Below, piece by piece: positions 28,136 through 37,850 of a stretch of DNA of 64,000 bases. A model generated the notes under the pieces. That model worked only from the letters and a program-made list of their open reading frames with translations, was not told the origin of the DNA and did no database searches. The number at the start of each line of letters is the position of its first letter. The stretch's first letter is position 1. A program made the translations under genes and the position numbers. The stretch lies in sequence record PP496438.1; one strand, 5' to 3'.

Positions 28136-29212
28136 ATGCAACAGTCATCTGGTCGTCAAGAGTTGTTCCTGACCCGCCCGGAAGAAGTGCGGGTCCATTA
28201 CATCGCCAACGGTGAGTCAGTAGACGACGCCATGGTCGAAGTCCGGAAGATGTACCCCGGCATTCGGTACCCGGACTACTGGGTCAACCCCGGCGAAGAC
28301 GCCACAGTCATTCTGATCTACATGCGTAGTGGTCAGGTAATTGTGGTGGACAACGAACACCTGCCGCGCTTCGTCATTCAGGTTCCGCTGCGCGCAGACG
28401 GGTGCTTCGCCGTATCCCCGGATCATATCAACGGTATCGTCGAAGACCACGGAATCATGTTCGGTGCCTTCGAGAACAACACCGTCGCCAGCCTCAAGGT
28501 GAAGGGTACGGCGTTCCGAGTCCAAGGTGAATCCGGGTGCATTGACCCGGCTGCATTCCGACATGACCTAGGTGAAACTTATGCCATCGAGAATGCCAAG
28601 GACAAGATGTATGCGCTGGAAGGTTATGCACTGGCGCGTATGCTTGGTCTGGCTGGGTTGACCACGGTTGATACCACTACCGAGTATCAGACGGGCTTCA
28701 CGTTCGACGGCAAGCAACAGATCATGTTCCCGGACTATGCTCACCGCGAGCCAGACGGCGGCGTGGACACGGATGAAGTGGAAGAAGGTGTAGAGGCTAG
28801 CACCACCCGTGTAGACGAACTACTCGAAGGTTTGGTCAGTGGCGAACCCTACAAGGAGCATGACTACTACATTCTGGCACTTGATCTTCTCACTCGCGCT
28901 GCCGAGAAGTGCTGGAATGAAACCGTGGAGAACGGTGGTGACCGCATGACCAGCGCCATTGTGTTTCCCGGCGTGCACGATACGCTGCGGATGCGCGACA
29001 TGGGGACTTACCTGCTGGACATCAATGCCAAGGTGCAAGGGGTAACGGAAAACAAGGCCATGTTCTTCCAGTGCACGATGCCCGGCGTCCATGGAGTTAA
29101 CCTTGTCCTGATGAACAAGGAGATCGGTGCGACGATGTACCCAGGCGATGACGGTTACTTCCAGTTGCCTCGGAACTTCCCGGTGAACAACTACTTCGTC
29201 GATCTGACGTAA
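28136..29212 (+). CDS. Multidomain protein with central Phage_gp49_66-like domain
   Basis: VSPDHI..TVASL..GESGCIDPAAF..G..A..NA..K.YALEGY. Confidence 0.7.
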   Translation: MQQSSGRQELFLTRPEEVRVHYIANGESVDDAMVEVRKMYPGIRYPDYWVNPGEDATVILIYMRSGQVIVVDNEHLPRFVIQVPLRADGCFAVSPDHINGIVEDHGIMFGAFENNTVASLKVKGTAFRVQGESGCIDPAAFRHDLGETYAIENAKDKMYALEGYALARMLGLAGLTTVDTTTEYQTGFTFDGKQQIMFPDYAHREPDGGVDTDEVEEGVEASTTRVDELLEGLVSGEPYKEHDYYILALDLLTRAAEKCWNETVENGGDRMTSAIVFPGVHDTLRMRDMGTYLLDINAKVQGVTENKAMFFQCTMPGVHGVNLVLMNKEIGATMYPGDDGYFQLPRNFPVNNYFVDLT

Positions 29213-29271
29213 TAGGCCTGTTTTAGCTACTTCCAAGTATCGAACGAATAGTTTTGCACTTGGAGGTAGTT

Positions 29272-29682
29272 ATGAAAAGCCGGGTAGGGATTCCGGTCGG
29301 GGAAACCTTGGTTTTCGAAGATAGGACCAATGCCAACAACCTTGGTCAGCTCTATAAGATCACTGTTAAGAACGTGGTGTTCCATCACATTCAAGGTGAA
29401 CTCGCCCGGACCGTCGAATTGTGTATGGAGATCGTGGATGGGAAAGGTGTTGTCGCTCGGCAACAGACTTTCTTCACCCAGCAGAACAGCCCCTTACCTT
29501 GCGGTAAGCTTTCACTCACCGTCGGGATGGTCAGCAAGTCAAGAGTCAGCAAGTCTATGGTAATCCTGGCCTGCATTCACCCGCACTGGATGAAAGTGTA
29601 CCCGGAGAACCAAAGCTTCCCGCTCACCACGCGGGACGTGATCAACCATGAGCCTGAGTTGAAAGCCCAAGCATGTGTATAA
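29272..29682 (+). CDS. Hypothetical protein
   Basis: GGAGGT SD. Confidence 0.65.
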   Translation: MKSRVGIPVGETLVFEDRTNANNLGQLYKITVKNVVFHHIQGELARTVELCMEIVDGKGVVARQQTFFTQQNSPLPCGKLSLTVGMVSKSRVSKSMVILACIHPHWMKVYPENQSFPLTTRDVINHEPELKAQACV

Positions 29683-29694
29683 GCAGCGCCCCAC

Positions 29695-29724
29695 GCCCGC
29701 CCCGGTAGCCCCGAGGTGGGCTTT
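29695..29724 (+). terminator. Terminator (28/30 identical to 14833-14862)
   Basis: GCCCGCCCCGGTAGCCCCGAGGTGGGCTTT. Confidence 0.7.
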
Positions 29725-29763
29725 CCCGTTTTAGGGTCTTGGAAAATATTTTATACTGCCCAC

Positions 29764-29792
29764 TTGACACTATTAAATATATCTGACATAAT
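29764..29792 (+). promoter_or_regulatory. Sigma70-type promoter
   Basis: TTGACA-N17-CATAAT with TG extension; AT-rich upstream. Confidence 0.8.
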
Positions 29793-29882
29793 GGTGCCAT
29801 GTTGGGGATTTATGGGCTGGTAAACAATGATGCCAGCAACCCCCACCATCACTACTACCGATGTCCTTTAGGAGATGCACCG

Positions 29883-31772
29883 ATGTCCAATACTTCCAAG
29901 GTTACCGCGCTGTCCACCTTCAAGATTTCCAAACTGACCCAATCGATTTTGGATATCCTGAAGAAAGATGGCTCGATGTCGCTCAGCGAATACGGCGAGC
30001 TGCCGTTGCAGGTGGGTTTGGCAACCGAGGTATTGCTTCACGCTGATTGCCCCGCCAATACAGTGTTCAGCATCAAGGGCCGTTCCGTCGGTCGCTACGT
30101 TGAACTGACTCATCTCGATGTGGCCGACAAGATCAAGCCGGACCCACTCGCCAGCATCGGTGCCACCAGCGCCGCCCAGGTACCCGCAGCATTCGACGGC
30201 GAAATCAAACTGATGTATCTCGCCATCCCGACCACCACCGAAATGGACGCAGACGGCCTGCTCGAATATGTCGAAGAGATGATCGACACCATTCGCGAAT
30301 CGCTCGTTTCCGAAGGCTATTCCCCCGAGGAGCGTGAGACGCTGATCGGCGTGCACAAAGAATTCGTCGAGCATACCAGTGAAGTGCACGTGTTCATCGA
30401 TCTGGACATCCTCGAAGACACGAAGTACAGCGTCACTCTCGATGAGTACTTCGAAGCTGATGCCTACGAGAAGTTCGACAGCGACGAGTACGACGAGAAG
30501 TATCGCTTGCCGGAACTGCTGCGCGGCCTGCCAGATGACGTCATGCTGCAACTGGCGGCGAAGCTCGACATCAAGAAGGGCACCACCAAGAAGTCGAAGC
30601 TGACCACGGCCAGCATCACCGAGGCCATCCTCAAGCTCGACACCGAAGTCGTCAAAGCGGCCATCTCCGAGCTGATCGATCCGGCTGCTGTCGAAGCCAG
30701 TGAAGGTACCGACGCCGACTTGACCGAGACCCTCAGCGGTTTGACGGCCAAGCAACTGCGTGAGGTGGCAGATCACATGGAGCTGGAAGTCGGCAAGAAG
30801 GACAAGTCCGAAGCCATCACCGCGCTGATCCTCGCCGAAGAAGAAGGCGACGTGATCGACGCACTGGACGCACTGGGCTTGCTGGAAGATGAAACCCCGG
30901 AAGGCGGCGGTGTTTCCGAGGAAGAATCGTTGGAGGACATCCTGAAAGGTCTGGACGACGCCGACGTTCGTGCCACGGCCAAAGCGTTGAAGCTGACCGT
31001 GCCGAAGAAGACAACGCTGGAAGGTGTTATCGCCCTGTTGCTGGAAGAGGATGCGAACGACGTAGCGGAAGCGCTGGTTGATCTGGGCTTCGTCGAAGCG
31101 GAGGAAGAAGAGGAAGTCGAAACCCCACCGGCTGACGACGAGGAAGAGGAGCAGGAAGAAGAGGAAGAAGAACTAGACACCGTCGATCTGGAGAACGCAC
31201 TGGCCGAGCTAGACATTGACCAGATGACCGTCGTTATCGAAACGCTGGAGCTGGAGCTGCCGAAGAAGCCGACACTGGCAACCCTGACCAAGGTGATCAT
31301 GGACTCCGTGACCGACGCCGAAACGCTGGAAGCGGCAACCGACGCCGTGGCAGAGGAAGCTGGCGAGGGTGAGGAAGGTGAGTCGCTGGAAACGCTGTAC
31401 AGCGTGCTGGTCGATCTGAAGGCAACCCGTGGCAATGCGGCAACCCGCAAGGAAGCGCTGGCCGAGATGTCGGAAACCGACTTGACCGAAGCCAAGCGCA
31501 AAGACGTGGTCGCCCTGTTCGCCATCGCCGAGATGACCGAGCTGGATGAAGACGCTCAGGAGCTGATCGCTCGACTGGCCGGTGAAGACACCGAGCTGAA
31601 CGAGACCGTGCTGGGCTACTTCACCAAGGTGTTCGCCAAGCTGATCGCTGACGACGCCCCGGAAGAAGAGGAAACTCCGGAGCCAACCAAAGCACCAGCG
31701 AAGGGCAAAGCCAACGCAGCCAAACCGGCGGGCAAAGGTCCAACCACCCGCAAGCCAGCCAGCAAGAAGTAA
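29883..31772 (+). CDS. Very acidic protein with four Rho_N/HeH-like repeats and basic tail
   Basis: L.GL....L...A..L.L...KK......I..IL repeated four times; poly-Glu linkers; AGGAG SD. Confidence 0.7.
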   Translation: MSNTSKVTALSTFKISKLTQSILDILKKDGSMSLSEYGELPLQVGLATEVLLHADCPANTVFSIKGRSVGRYVELTHLDVADKIKPDPLASIGATSAAQVPAAFDGEIKLMYLAIPTTTEMDADGLLEYVEEMIDTIRESLVSEGYSPEERETLIGVHKEFVEHTSEVHVFIDLDILEDTKYSVTLDEYFEADAYEKFDSDEYDEKYRLPELLRGLPDDVMLQLAAKLDIKKGTTKKSKLTTASITEAILKLDTEVVKAAISELIDPAAVEASEGTDADLTETLSGLTAKQLREVADHMELEVGKKDKSEAITALILAEEEGDVIDALDALGLLEDETPEGGGVSEEESLEDILKGLDDADVRATAKALKLTVPKKTTLEGVIALLLEEDANDVAEALVDLGFVEAEEEEEVETPPADDEEEEQEEEEEELDTVDLENALAELDIDQMTVVIETLELELPKKPTLATLTKVIMDSVTDAETLEAATDAVAEEAGEGEEGESLETLYSVLVDLKATRGNAATRKEALAEMSETDLTEAKRKDVVALFAIAEMTELDEDAQELIARLAGEDTELNETVLGYFTKVFAKLIADDAPEEEETPEPTKAPAKGKANAAKPAGKGPTTRKPASKK

Positions 31773-31792
31773 CTGACTGACCCGCTGCAACG

Positions 31793-31819
31793 TGCCCCGG
31801 TTTCGACTGGGGCATTTTT
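31793..31819 (+). terminator. Rho-independent terminator
   Basis: TGCCCCGGT TTCG ACTGGGGCA TTTTT. Confidence 0.85.
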
Positions 31820-31852
31820 CTCTCAAGCCCAACTGTCCCATTGAGGTGATCC

Positions 31853-32266
31853 ATGTTCAAGCATTATGTGTCTGGCCCGAGCAGTAACGAAACCGCCGAT
31901 CTTCCCCCGCACTTGGCGCACTGGCATAAGCACTCGACCAAGGTGCTGCGCATGCTGTGGACGATCAAGTCAACCCCCGAGCAGATGAAGGAGCGTCGGG
32001 TAGCTCATGGATCTATCGAGCTGACGGAACTGAAATCTCAGGAGGGTGAAGAGGTAGGCATCCACGGGTACACGTACCCGATGCCGGACCGCTACCTGAT
32101 CCACATCTCCAACTGGGCGGTCTACTGCGGCAAGCTCCCGAGCAACGAGGTTAAGGATTGGCTGACCCCGGACCATGCCTATGAGGTCTACGAGTTCACC
32201 ACGATCAATGAAGCATTCGCCTTCCTCGCCCTTTTCACCGCTGACAAGATCTGCGTCCAACGCTGA
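31853..32266 (+). CDS. Hypothetical protein
   Basis: ACTGTCCCATTGAGG leader. Confidence 0.65.
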   Translation: MFKHYVSGPSSNETADLPPHLAHWHKHSTKVLRMLWTIKSTPEQMKERRVAHGSIELTELKSQEGEEVGIHGYTYPMPDRYLIHISNWAVYCGKLPSNEVKDWLTPDHAYEVYEFTTINEAFAFLALFTADKICVQR

Positions 32267-32295
32267 TCCACTCCCTGTCCCAATGAGGTGTCACC

Positions 32296-32532
32296 ATGCC
32301 AATGTCATTCCCAGATATGCAGTCCCTGATCAACCGTGCCGAACAACGAGGCTTCCGTCGCCCGCTCAAAGCGGAAACCGAAGAGGAGTTCCGCAACGCG
32401 CTGGCAGACCACATGCTTCACATCGACCGTGTGGAATCCGCTGAGATCCGTTCGGGCAAGGGCTGGGATAAGCAAGACCCCCGCGCCATGCTGTCGGCCA
32501 TGGGACTCGATCTCAAGGGACTGGGGCTGTGA
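32296..32532 (+). CDS. Hypothetical protein
   Basis: CCTGTCCCAATGAGG leader. Confidence 0.65.
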   Translation: MPMSFPDMQSLINRAEQRGFRRPLKAETEEEFRNALADHMLHIDRVESAEIRSGKGWDKQDPRAMLSAMGLDLKGLGL

Positions 32533-32822
32533 TCCGGGCGCTGCTGGTGCTGGCATTGGCTGGCGTACTGGCGGGCTGTGCGGGCAACCAATACGAGCCG
32601 TCGCAGGCGGACGTATACGGGGATTGCCGGACCCAAACCATACCAACGGTGGGTCACGGGCGTTATGAAGCGCCTGCGACGGCTCAGGAGCCCGTGGGCG
32701 GCGTGTACTATGACCCGGAACTGGTAGCCATACGCCCCGGCTTCGGCACGTCCGAGACCATGCGGCGTGTCCTGCCACTGATCCGCATCTTGATCGGCCC
32801 GACTTCCGACATCTATTTTTGA
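32529..32822 (+). CDS. Lipoprotein
   Basis: Hydrophobic stretch plus lipobox LAGC. Confidence 0.7.
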   Translation: MIRALLVLALAGVLAGCAGNQYEPSQADVYGDCRTQTIPTVGHGRYEAPATAQEPVGGVYYDPELVAIRPGFGTSETMRRVLPLIRILIGPTSDIYF

Positions 32823-32830
32823 GGTGACAC

Positions 32831-33847
32831 ATGAACACTTTTGAATCTTTCGCTTTCGCGGAAGGCGGTGAAAACGAACTGGCTCGACTGATCAACCAAG
32901 AGATCACGGAATGCCAGTCCATGGGCGCTGATGAAGGTTCGTTCGCCATTCATACGGCGGGACGCTATCAGGTACAGATTCGTGTCACCCGCGAATACGA
33001 CAACAAGCTCGACACTCTGATGCCGGGTGTGGCAGTACTCGCGCCGGACGAAGCTGAAGACGGTGAGGATGACGACGATCTAGAAGATGACGATGCGGAC
33101 AACGAGGAAGAGCTGGCCGCATTCATCAAGGACGACGAGGATCGGGAGGACCGTGAAGAGGAGGAAGCGTTCGACCGGGAAGTGCATGATGAGATCATGG
33201 CCGGTCAGGATAGCAGCCCCGATGAAGAGCCGCGCAAGATTCTGATGGGAATGTCCATGCTCGGTCTGGTTACCCTACGCGGTCATCTGGAAGAGGCTGT
33301 AGGAAAACAACCCACTGCCGACTTCTTCACACTCATGGGTAAGGAAGATCTAGTTGACAACCTGCTTGACAACTACACGTTGGCTCAGATCACGGCGGCT
33401 CTCGAAGCCAACTGGATAAATAAACTCCACCCTGATCGTGATGTGGAAGAAGTGTTCGGGGAGACGGACGATCTGGCAGCGGGTATCCAGAGCGAGGAAG
33501 AACTGGAGCGTCTGGAGGAAGCCCAGTATAAAGAGTTCCCTTCGGGTGAAGTGGAAGCCGATGATCAGACCGACTTCGAACGTCACGACCCGGACCACGC
33601 TCTGGTCACCAGCGTCACCCGCACCAAAGAGCGGTGTGTCCAGTTGGCTAAGCTATCCCGTGAAGATCTGCTTCGACTGATCGAGCAAGGTGAGGGTCAG
33701 GCAGGTATCGTAACGACGGTGGGCACGCATATCTCCACACTCATCGATCACCTGGTGGACTACTACACCCACGCTCAGGTGCAGTCTGCGGCTAAGGAAC
33801 TGGGCATCAAACTGGCGTCGGCCAAAGTACAGGATCCCGAGCTGTGA
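32831..33847 (+). CDS. Acidic hypothetical protein
   Basis: GAGGTG SD; D/E-rich tracts. Confidence 0.65.
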   Translation: MNTFESFAFAEGGENELARLINQEITECQSMGADEGSFAIHTAGRYQVQIRVTREYDNKLDTLMPGVAVLAPDEAEDGEDDDDLEDDDADNEEELAAFIKDDEDREDREEEEAFDREVHDEIMAGQDSSPDEEPRKILMGMSMLGLVTLRGHLEEAVGKQPTADFFTLMGKEDLVDNLLDNYTLAQITAALEANWINKLHPDRDVEEVFGETDDLAAGIQSEEELERLEEAQYKEFPSGEVEADDQTDFERHDPDHALVTSVTRTKERCVQLAKLSREDLLRLIEQGEGQAGIVTTVGTHISTLIDHLVDYYTHAQVQSAAKELGIKLASAKVQDPEL

Positions 33848-34392
33848 ACAGTGCAGGGAAGCAACTCATACGGACGATCACTCTGATCGAGATACGTAGA
33901 AGCCGAGAGTACCAGCTGATCAAGAAAGCTTATGGTGCTCAAGTGGCCCAACGCAGTCAGGTACCGTTGACCAATCATATTGACGAGGGTTTGCAGGTGT
34001 TATACGATCTGCATGCGGACCCGCACACCATGAAAGCTTTCTGCTTGCATCCGTTGCTGCAAGATTACGACATGCTGGAGCTGCACTGGCGCAAGCTGGC
34101 AGGTGACCGACTGGTTAGCCGAGAAGCTCTAGTTTTGGCAATGGAGTACCGGCGAGCTGCCAACACGTATCTGTGCAGACCAGAAACCGATGGGTATTCG
34201 TTGGAGGACGCTCAGCAGGCTATCGGGATGTTGCTCCCCGAGGTGAAACAGATGCTGATTGCGGACAAGCGACAGAATCAAAAGGACTTCCTCATTCATC
34301 ACGCTGAGACCCATCCGCGTCGGGAACAACTCACCGTCTACTTCAAACGCTGGCTGCTCATCTTGGAGGGACCACCCAATGGAAAGCCCTGA
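33844..34392 (+). CDS. HD-fold-like protein (divergent RelA/SpoT-hydrolase-like)
   Basis: NHI, AFCLHPLLQD, LIADKRQN resemble PYxxHP / ALLHDxxED / KLADKxxN. Confidence 0.4.
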   Translation: MNSAGKQLIRTITLIEIRRSREYQLIKKAYGAQVAQRSQVPLTNHIDEGLQVLYDLHADPHTMKAFCLHPLLQDYDMLELHWRKLAGDRLVSREALVLAMEYRRAANTYLCRPETDGYSLEDAQQAIGMLLPEVKQMLIADKRQNQKDFLIHHAETHPRREQLTVYFKRWLLILEGPPNGKP

Positions 34393-34582
34393 CCCTATCT
34401 TCCCGGACGGCATGCCCACCACGCCGGAAGGTTGGGACTGCTACATCCTGATGCTTCGGATGTTGATGACCCGACAGGAGGTGGCAATGGAAAAGGAGAT
34501 GAAGGCACTGCGCCGCCATCGGGCATTAACATATGCCGAAGAACCGATGTTCCCCGTATACGACCCTGCCGATCACTATTGA
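34379..34582 (+). CDS. Hypothetical protein
   Basis: GGAGG SD; followed by terminator. Confidence 0.55.
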   Translation: MESPDPIFPDGMPTTPEGWDCYILMLRMLMTRQEVAMEKEMKALRRHRALTYAEEPMFPVYDPADHY

Positions 34583-34591
34583 TCTAACCTG

Positions 34592-34623
34592 AACCCGCCG
34601 GTCCCAAGCCGTGCGGGTTTTTT
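34592..34623 (+). terminator. Rho-independent terminator
   Basis: AACCCGC..GCGGGTT TTT. Confidence 0.7.
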
Positions 34624-34675
34624 CATCTCCAGCGTCCGGTAAATGAGATGTATAAATCCACACTGGAGTCAACAC

Positions 34676-34870
34676 ATGAGAAGCCCTTGGCGTTTCTTTG
34701 GTGCTTTATTTTTCACCTTCTGTTTTTTCATCTTTGCTATGGGCATGGGATCTGCTATTACCACCGTAGACGCAAGCTACCCCAAACTGGTGGGCATTAT
34801 CTTGGGTGCCTTCCTGACAATCCTGACTGCCATCTTGTGGCAGTACTTCCGCGATGGGGAGGACCTCTGA
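34676..34870 (+). CDS. Small two-TM membrane protein
   Basis: GGAG SD at 34665; hydrophobic. Confidence 0.6.
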   Translation: MRSPWRFFGALFFTFCFFIFAMGMGSAITTVDASYPKLVGIILGAFLTILTAILWQYFRDGEDL

Positions 34871-35061
34871 TGAATCGTCTTCTATTCATCATCGCCGTCA
34901 CGTGCGGCTATCCACTGTTCCTCAAGGCACTGGTGGAGTCAGATGGGACTGTCGTTCACGTACCTTTCCTTGTGATGCTGGCGATGCAGGTTGTTGTGTG
35001 CTGGCATGCGGGTACTTCTTATGACATGCTGTTCCCCGGAGGTAAAGTACGTGGCCGTTAA
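34870..35061 (+). CDS. Small two-TM membrane protein
   Basis: TGATG overlap; GGAGG SD. Confidence 0.55.
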   Translation: MNRLLFIIAVTCGYPLFLKALVESDGTVVHVPFLVMLAMQVVVCWHAGTSYDMLFPGGKVRGR

Positions 35062-36121
35062 AGAGACCAGTGTTGTGCACATCGGTGACTTGCATCTGAA
35101 CAAGCTGGACCGTGTGTTCGGTGACAAGGCATTGGACTACCAGTTCGCCGAGATAAGAAAACCGCTCGACTACGCCGTGGAGAAAGGCATCAAGCATGTT
35201 ATCTTCCTCGGTGACATCGCCGACAAGCCCCGCATGACAGAGGAAGCCTTGATCCGGCTGGTGCTCCTGCTTCGAGAGTACACCGACAAGGGCCGCGTCC
35301 TCCATCTTATCAAGGGCAACCACGATGTTGAGAACAAGGAACGTCACTCGCTGCGCGGGCTGGAAGACCTGTGCAAAGCGGGCATGCTCCCCAACGTTCA
35401 CATCTACACCGACCCAGCGCTGGTATGGATCGATGGCTGCCCGATCAACTTCGCCCCGTTCCCGTCCACAAGCGCGCAGGCGGACGCTTTGAACATCGGC
35501 CACTTCGATACCCCCGGCACCATCCGGGATAACGGCCACGTGGCGCCTGGGGACTTGCCGCCCGCACGGGATCAATGGGTGATTGGACACCTGCACACAC
35601 CGCAGGAAGGGAACCGCAGGCACTATGCCGGTACCTTGTACCAACTCAGCCGGGCCGAGCAGCGGATCAAGAGCTTCACGGTCAGCCGTCTGAAGTACGA
35701 CACCAAAGCCAAGGTGGGTAGCCGACTGACCGTACGCCACCAGCGCGTACCTGTTACTCCCGAATTCCAGTTCGTCAACGTTGAGGTTGTTCGTCTGCGT
35801 GACCTCGAACAAGTGACGGACAACCCATTGCATCTGCACACGGTGTGGATCAAGTCCAAGGTGGAACTCCCGGCCACGTGGTTGCAGCAACACCCCAACG
35901 TGATCGACCTGATCCCGTATAGCAACAAGAAGCAGCTCAAGGAACTCCAGAGTACGGGCATCGAGAAAGTTGACCTTGAGCTGGACAAGATGTTCGATCA
36001 ATACGTTACCGATAAATTCACCCTGACTCCCCAAGAGTTGAAATTCGCTCAGTATACGGTGAACAGGTACCATGGTCAGATTACAAAGAGTACCCTATCT
36101 GATATTTCATCAGAGGGTTAA
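35051..36121 (+). CDS. SbcD/Mre11/gp47-like metallophosphoesterase nuclease
   Basis: HIGDLH, FLGDIAD, KGNHD, GHLH, YAG. Confidence 0.88.
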   Translation: MAVKETSVVHIGDLHLNKLDRVFGDKALDYQFAEIRKPLDYAVEKGIKHVIFLGDIADKPRMTEEALIRLVLLLREYTDKGRVLHLIKGNHDVENKERHSLRGLEDLCKAGMLPNVHIYTDPALVWIDGCPINFAPFPSTSAQADALNIGHFDTPGTIRDNGHVAPGDLPPARDQWVIGHLHTPQEGNRRHYAGTLYQLSRAEQRIKSFTVSRLKYDTKAKVGSRLTVRHQRVPVTPEFQFVNVEVVRLRDLEQVTDNPLHLHTVWIKSKVELPATWLQQHPNVIDLIPYSNKKQLKELQSTGIEKVDLELDKMFDQYVTDKFTLTPQELKFAQYTVNRYHGQITKSTLSDISSEG

Positions 36122-36249
36122 GGCTTGCAAGATACAGCGTCCGGTTCCAATGGGCCGGGAGTACGTCAATAAGAAAGGTGACGTTGTTGGACTGGCTGAA
36201 TACCATCGCCATGACAGGCCCATCTACTACATACCAATAGAGGTTAGTG

Positions 36250-36831
36250 ATGAACAGAACAGTAGTCAAGCTCGGGATTCGGGCGCTCAAGCTGCGAGAG
36301 ATGTATACGTCGAATGACTGGCACGTCTCGTTCGACTTGAAACTCGCTAAAGATTTCCTTGATAAGCAGGCTACGGAAACCTACATCAAGCTGGCGCAGT
36401 CCGTAGAAGGTTGCTACTTCCTCGACGTAGCGGAAGACGGGAACCCTATCAAGCAGGTTGATCCGGTGTACGTCGAGCTTAGTCTGGCGATTAAGTCTAC
36501 AGCAATCATTCCGTTCGCCAAGGCACTGATGGCTACGGAAGGTAATCTGTTCAGTGGGATACTGGCCGAGCTTCAGAACATGGGGTTGATTGCGTTCGGG
36601 ATGGTACAGATCCCTGATCCGCAGTTCCTCATCACCCGGCCCACTCTGGATGAAGCTGACGTACCGGAAGGTAAGTTGTACTTGCTTCAAGGTCACGGAA
36701 CTAAGCTGTACAAGAAGCTCAGTATCGCTACCACGATCCTTGTAGACGAACAGGGGAATCCAATAGGCTTCGCGGAACCCGTTCATGTAAAATGGCCTGC
36801 TCAACTACTTGAGGTGCACTTCGATGACTGA
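36250..36831 (+). CDS. Hypothetical protein
   Basis: GAGG SD. Confidence 0.6.
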   Translation: MNRTVVKLGIRALKLREMYTSNDWHVSFDLKLAKDFLDKQATETYIKLAQSVEGCYFLDVAEDGNPIKQVDPVYVELSLAIKSTAIIPFAKALMATEGNLFSGILAELQNMGLIAFGMVQIPDPQFLITRPTLDEADVPEGKLYLLQGHGTKLYKKLSIATTILVDEQGNPIGFAEPVHVKWPAQLLEVHFDD

Positions 36832-37804
36832 GACATGGGACCAACGCCGCCGACGAATCATGGCGGAGATCAATGCGGAAGAATCTGCCAAAGAGCAGGA
36901 CCGCCAGAAGGTAACCGTCAAGCATACGAAGTGGTTACCGCCAGCAGGTATGGTTCGGGGTAATCTGGCCAATCATACATTGGCGCCACAACCGCTCAAC
37001 CCGCAGGCCAACGTGCACAAGCTGATCCATGTCTTGACCCATGCCAAGGAAGATATCAAGCGTTCGGATCGACTGGTCACTCTGTTCCTCCCCGGCGACA
37101 ACAAGACCAGGATGCTGGATCGTGATGCAGCACTTAACTGCCTTCGTAGTAACGAAGAAGGTTTCCCTTTTGTGCGCGGGCTGGTAAGCAGTTCCCCCGA
37201 GTTCGAGATTGACTTCGCGGCCCTTCGCCTTGATGAGGCTAGTCATCAAGCTGCGTATGATAAAGGCGTGATCACTCCCGTGTACCATCTCAGCCTACGG
37301 GAAAAGGCTAGTGTGTCGGCATATTCTATCTACTCCGATGAGGATGTGATCACACCGTCGGTCGAGATTATCTACTGCATGGCTCGCTGCGTGTCGGCGA
37401 TGTTCCGCAAGATCGTGGAACCGATCCTGACCGTGGATATGAAAACCCTGATGCTGGCTATCAATGCTTTCACGGATGAGTTCAACAGGCTGATAACCCA
37501 TCGGTACATGCAAGGCTGGTCAGCACGCTATGAACTAAGAGGGTATGAGATTGTCATTCGACTAGTGCACGAAAAGGCATTCAAGTCGTACACGCTTAAT
37601 CTGGCATTCGAACGGTCCGGTGTGCTGCTCCATCTGGTCACGCCCAACGATATCCTAACGGTCAACACCTACCGGCTGTTGCTGGCGCTGCTCTATCCAG
37701 AGGTAAAGATGCCAGCAATCCTGCGCCGAGATCAAACCACGGCGGGCGTCATGCCCTACTACTTCAACATCTTGCCCAGCGCCGGTTTCGAGCTGGATCT
37801 GTAA
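36824..37804 (+). CDS. Hypothetical protein
   Basis: GAGGTG SD; short overlap with upstream gene. Confidence 0.6.
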   Translation: MTETWDQRRRRIMAEINAEESAKEQDRQKVTVKHTKWLPPAGMVRGNLANHTLAPQPLNPQANVHKLIHVLTHAKEDIKRSDRLVTLFLPGDNKTRMLDRDAALNCLRSNEEGFPFVRGLVSSSPEFEIDFAALRLDEASHQAAYDKGVITPVYHLSLREKASVSAYSIYSDEDVITPSVEIIYCMARCVSAMFRKIVEPILTVDMKTLMLAINAFTDEFNRLITHRYMQGWSARYELRGYEIVIRLVHEKAFKSYTLNLAFERSGVLLHLVTPNDILTVNTYRLLLALLYPEVKMPAILRRDQTTAGVMPYYFNILPSAGFELDL

Positions 37805-37850
37805 ATAACCAGCAGCAAGCTTACACACCTACCGAATAAGGATCAGACAG

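Noticed and set aside
31110-31180. GAA/GAG-rich tandem-like DNA
   Set aside because: Explained by poly-Glu coding in the acidic protein
36072-36317. 81-aa ORF between SbcD-like gene and 36250
   Set aside because: Overlaps both neighbours substantially and has no clear SD; a shorter real gene is possible but unsupported
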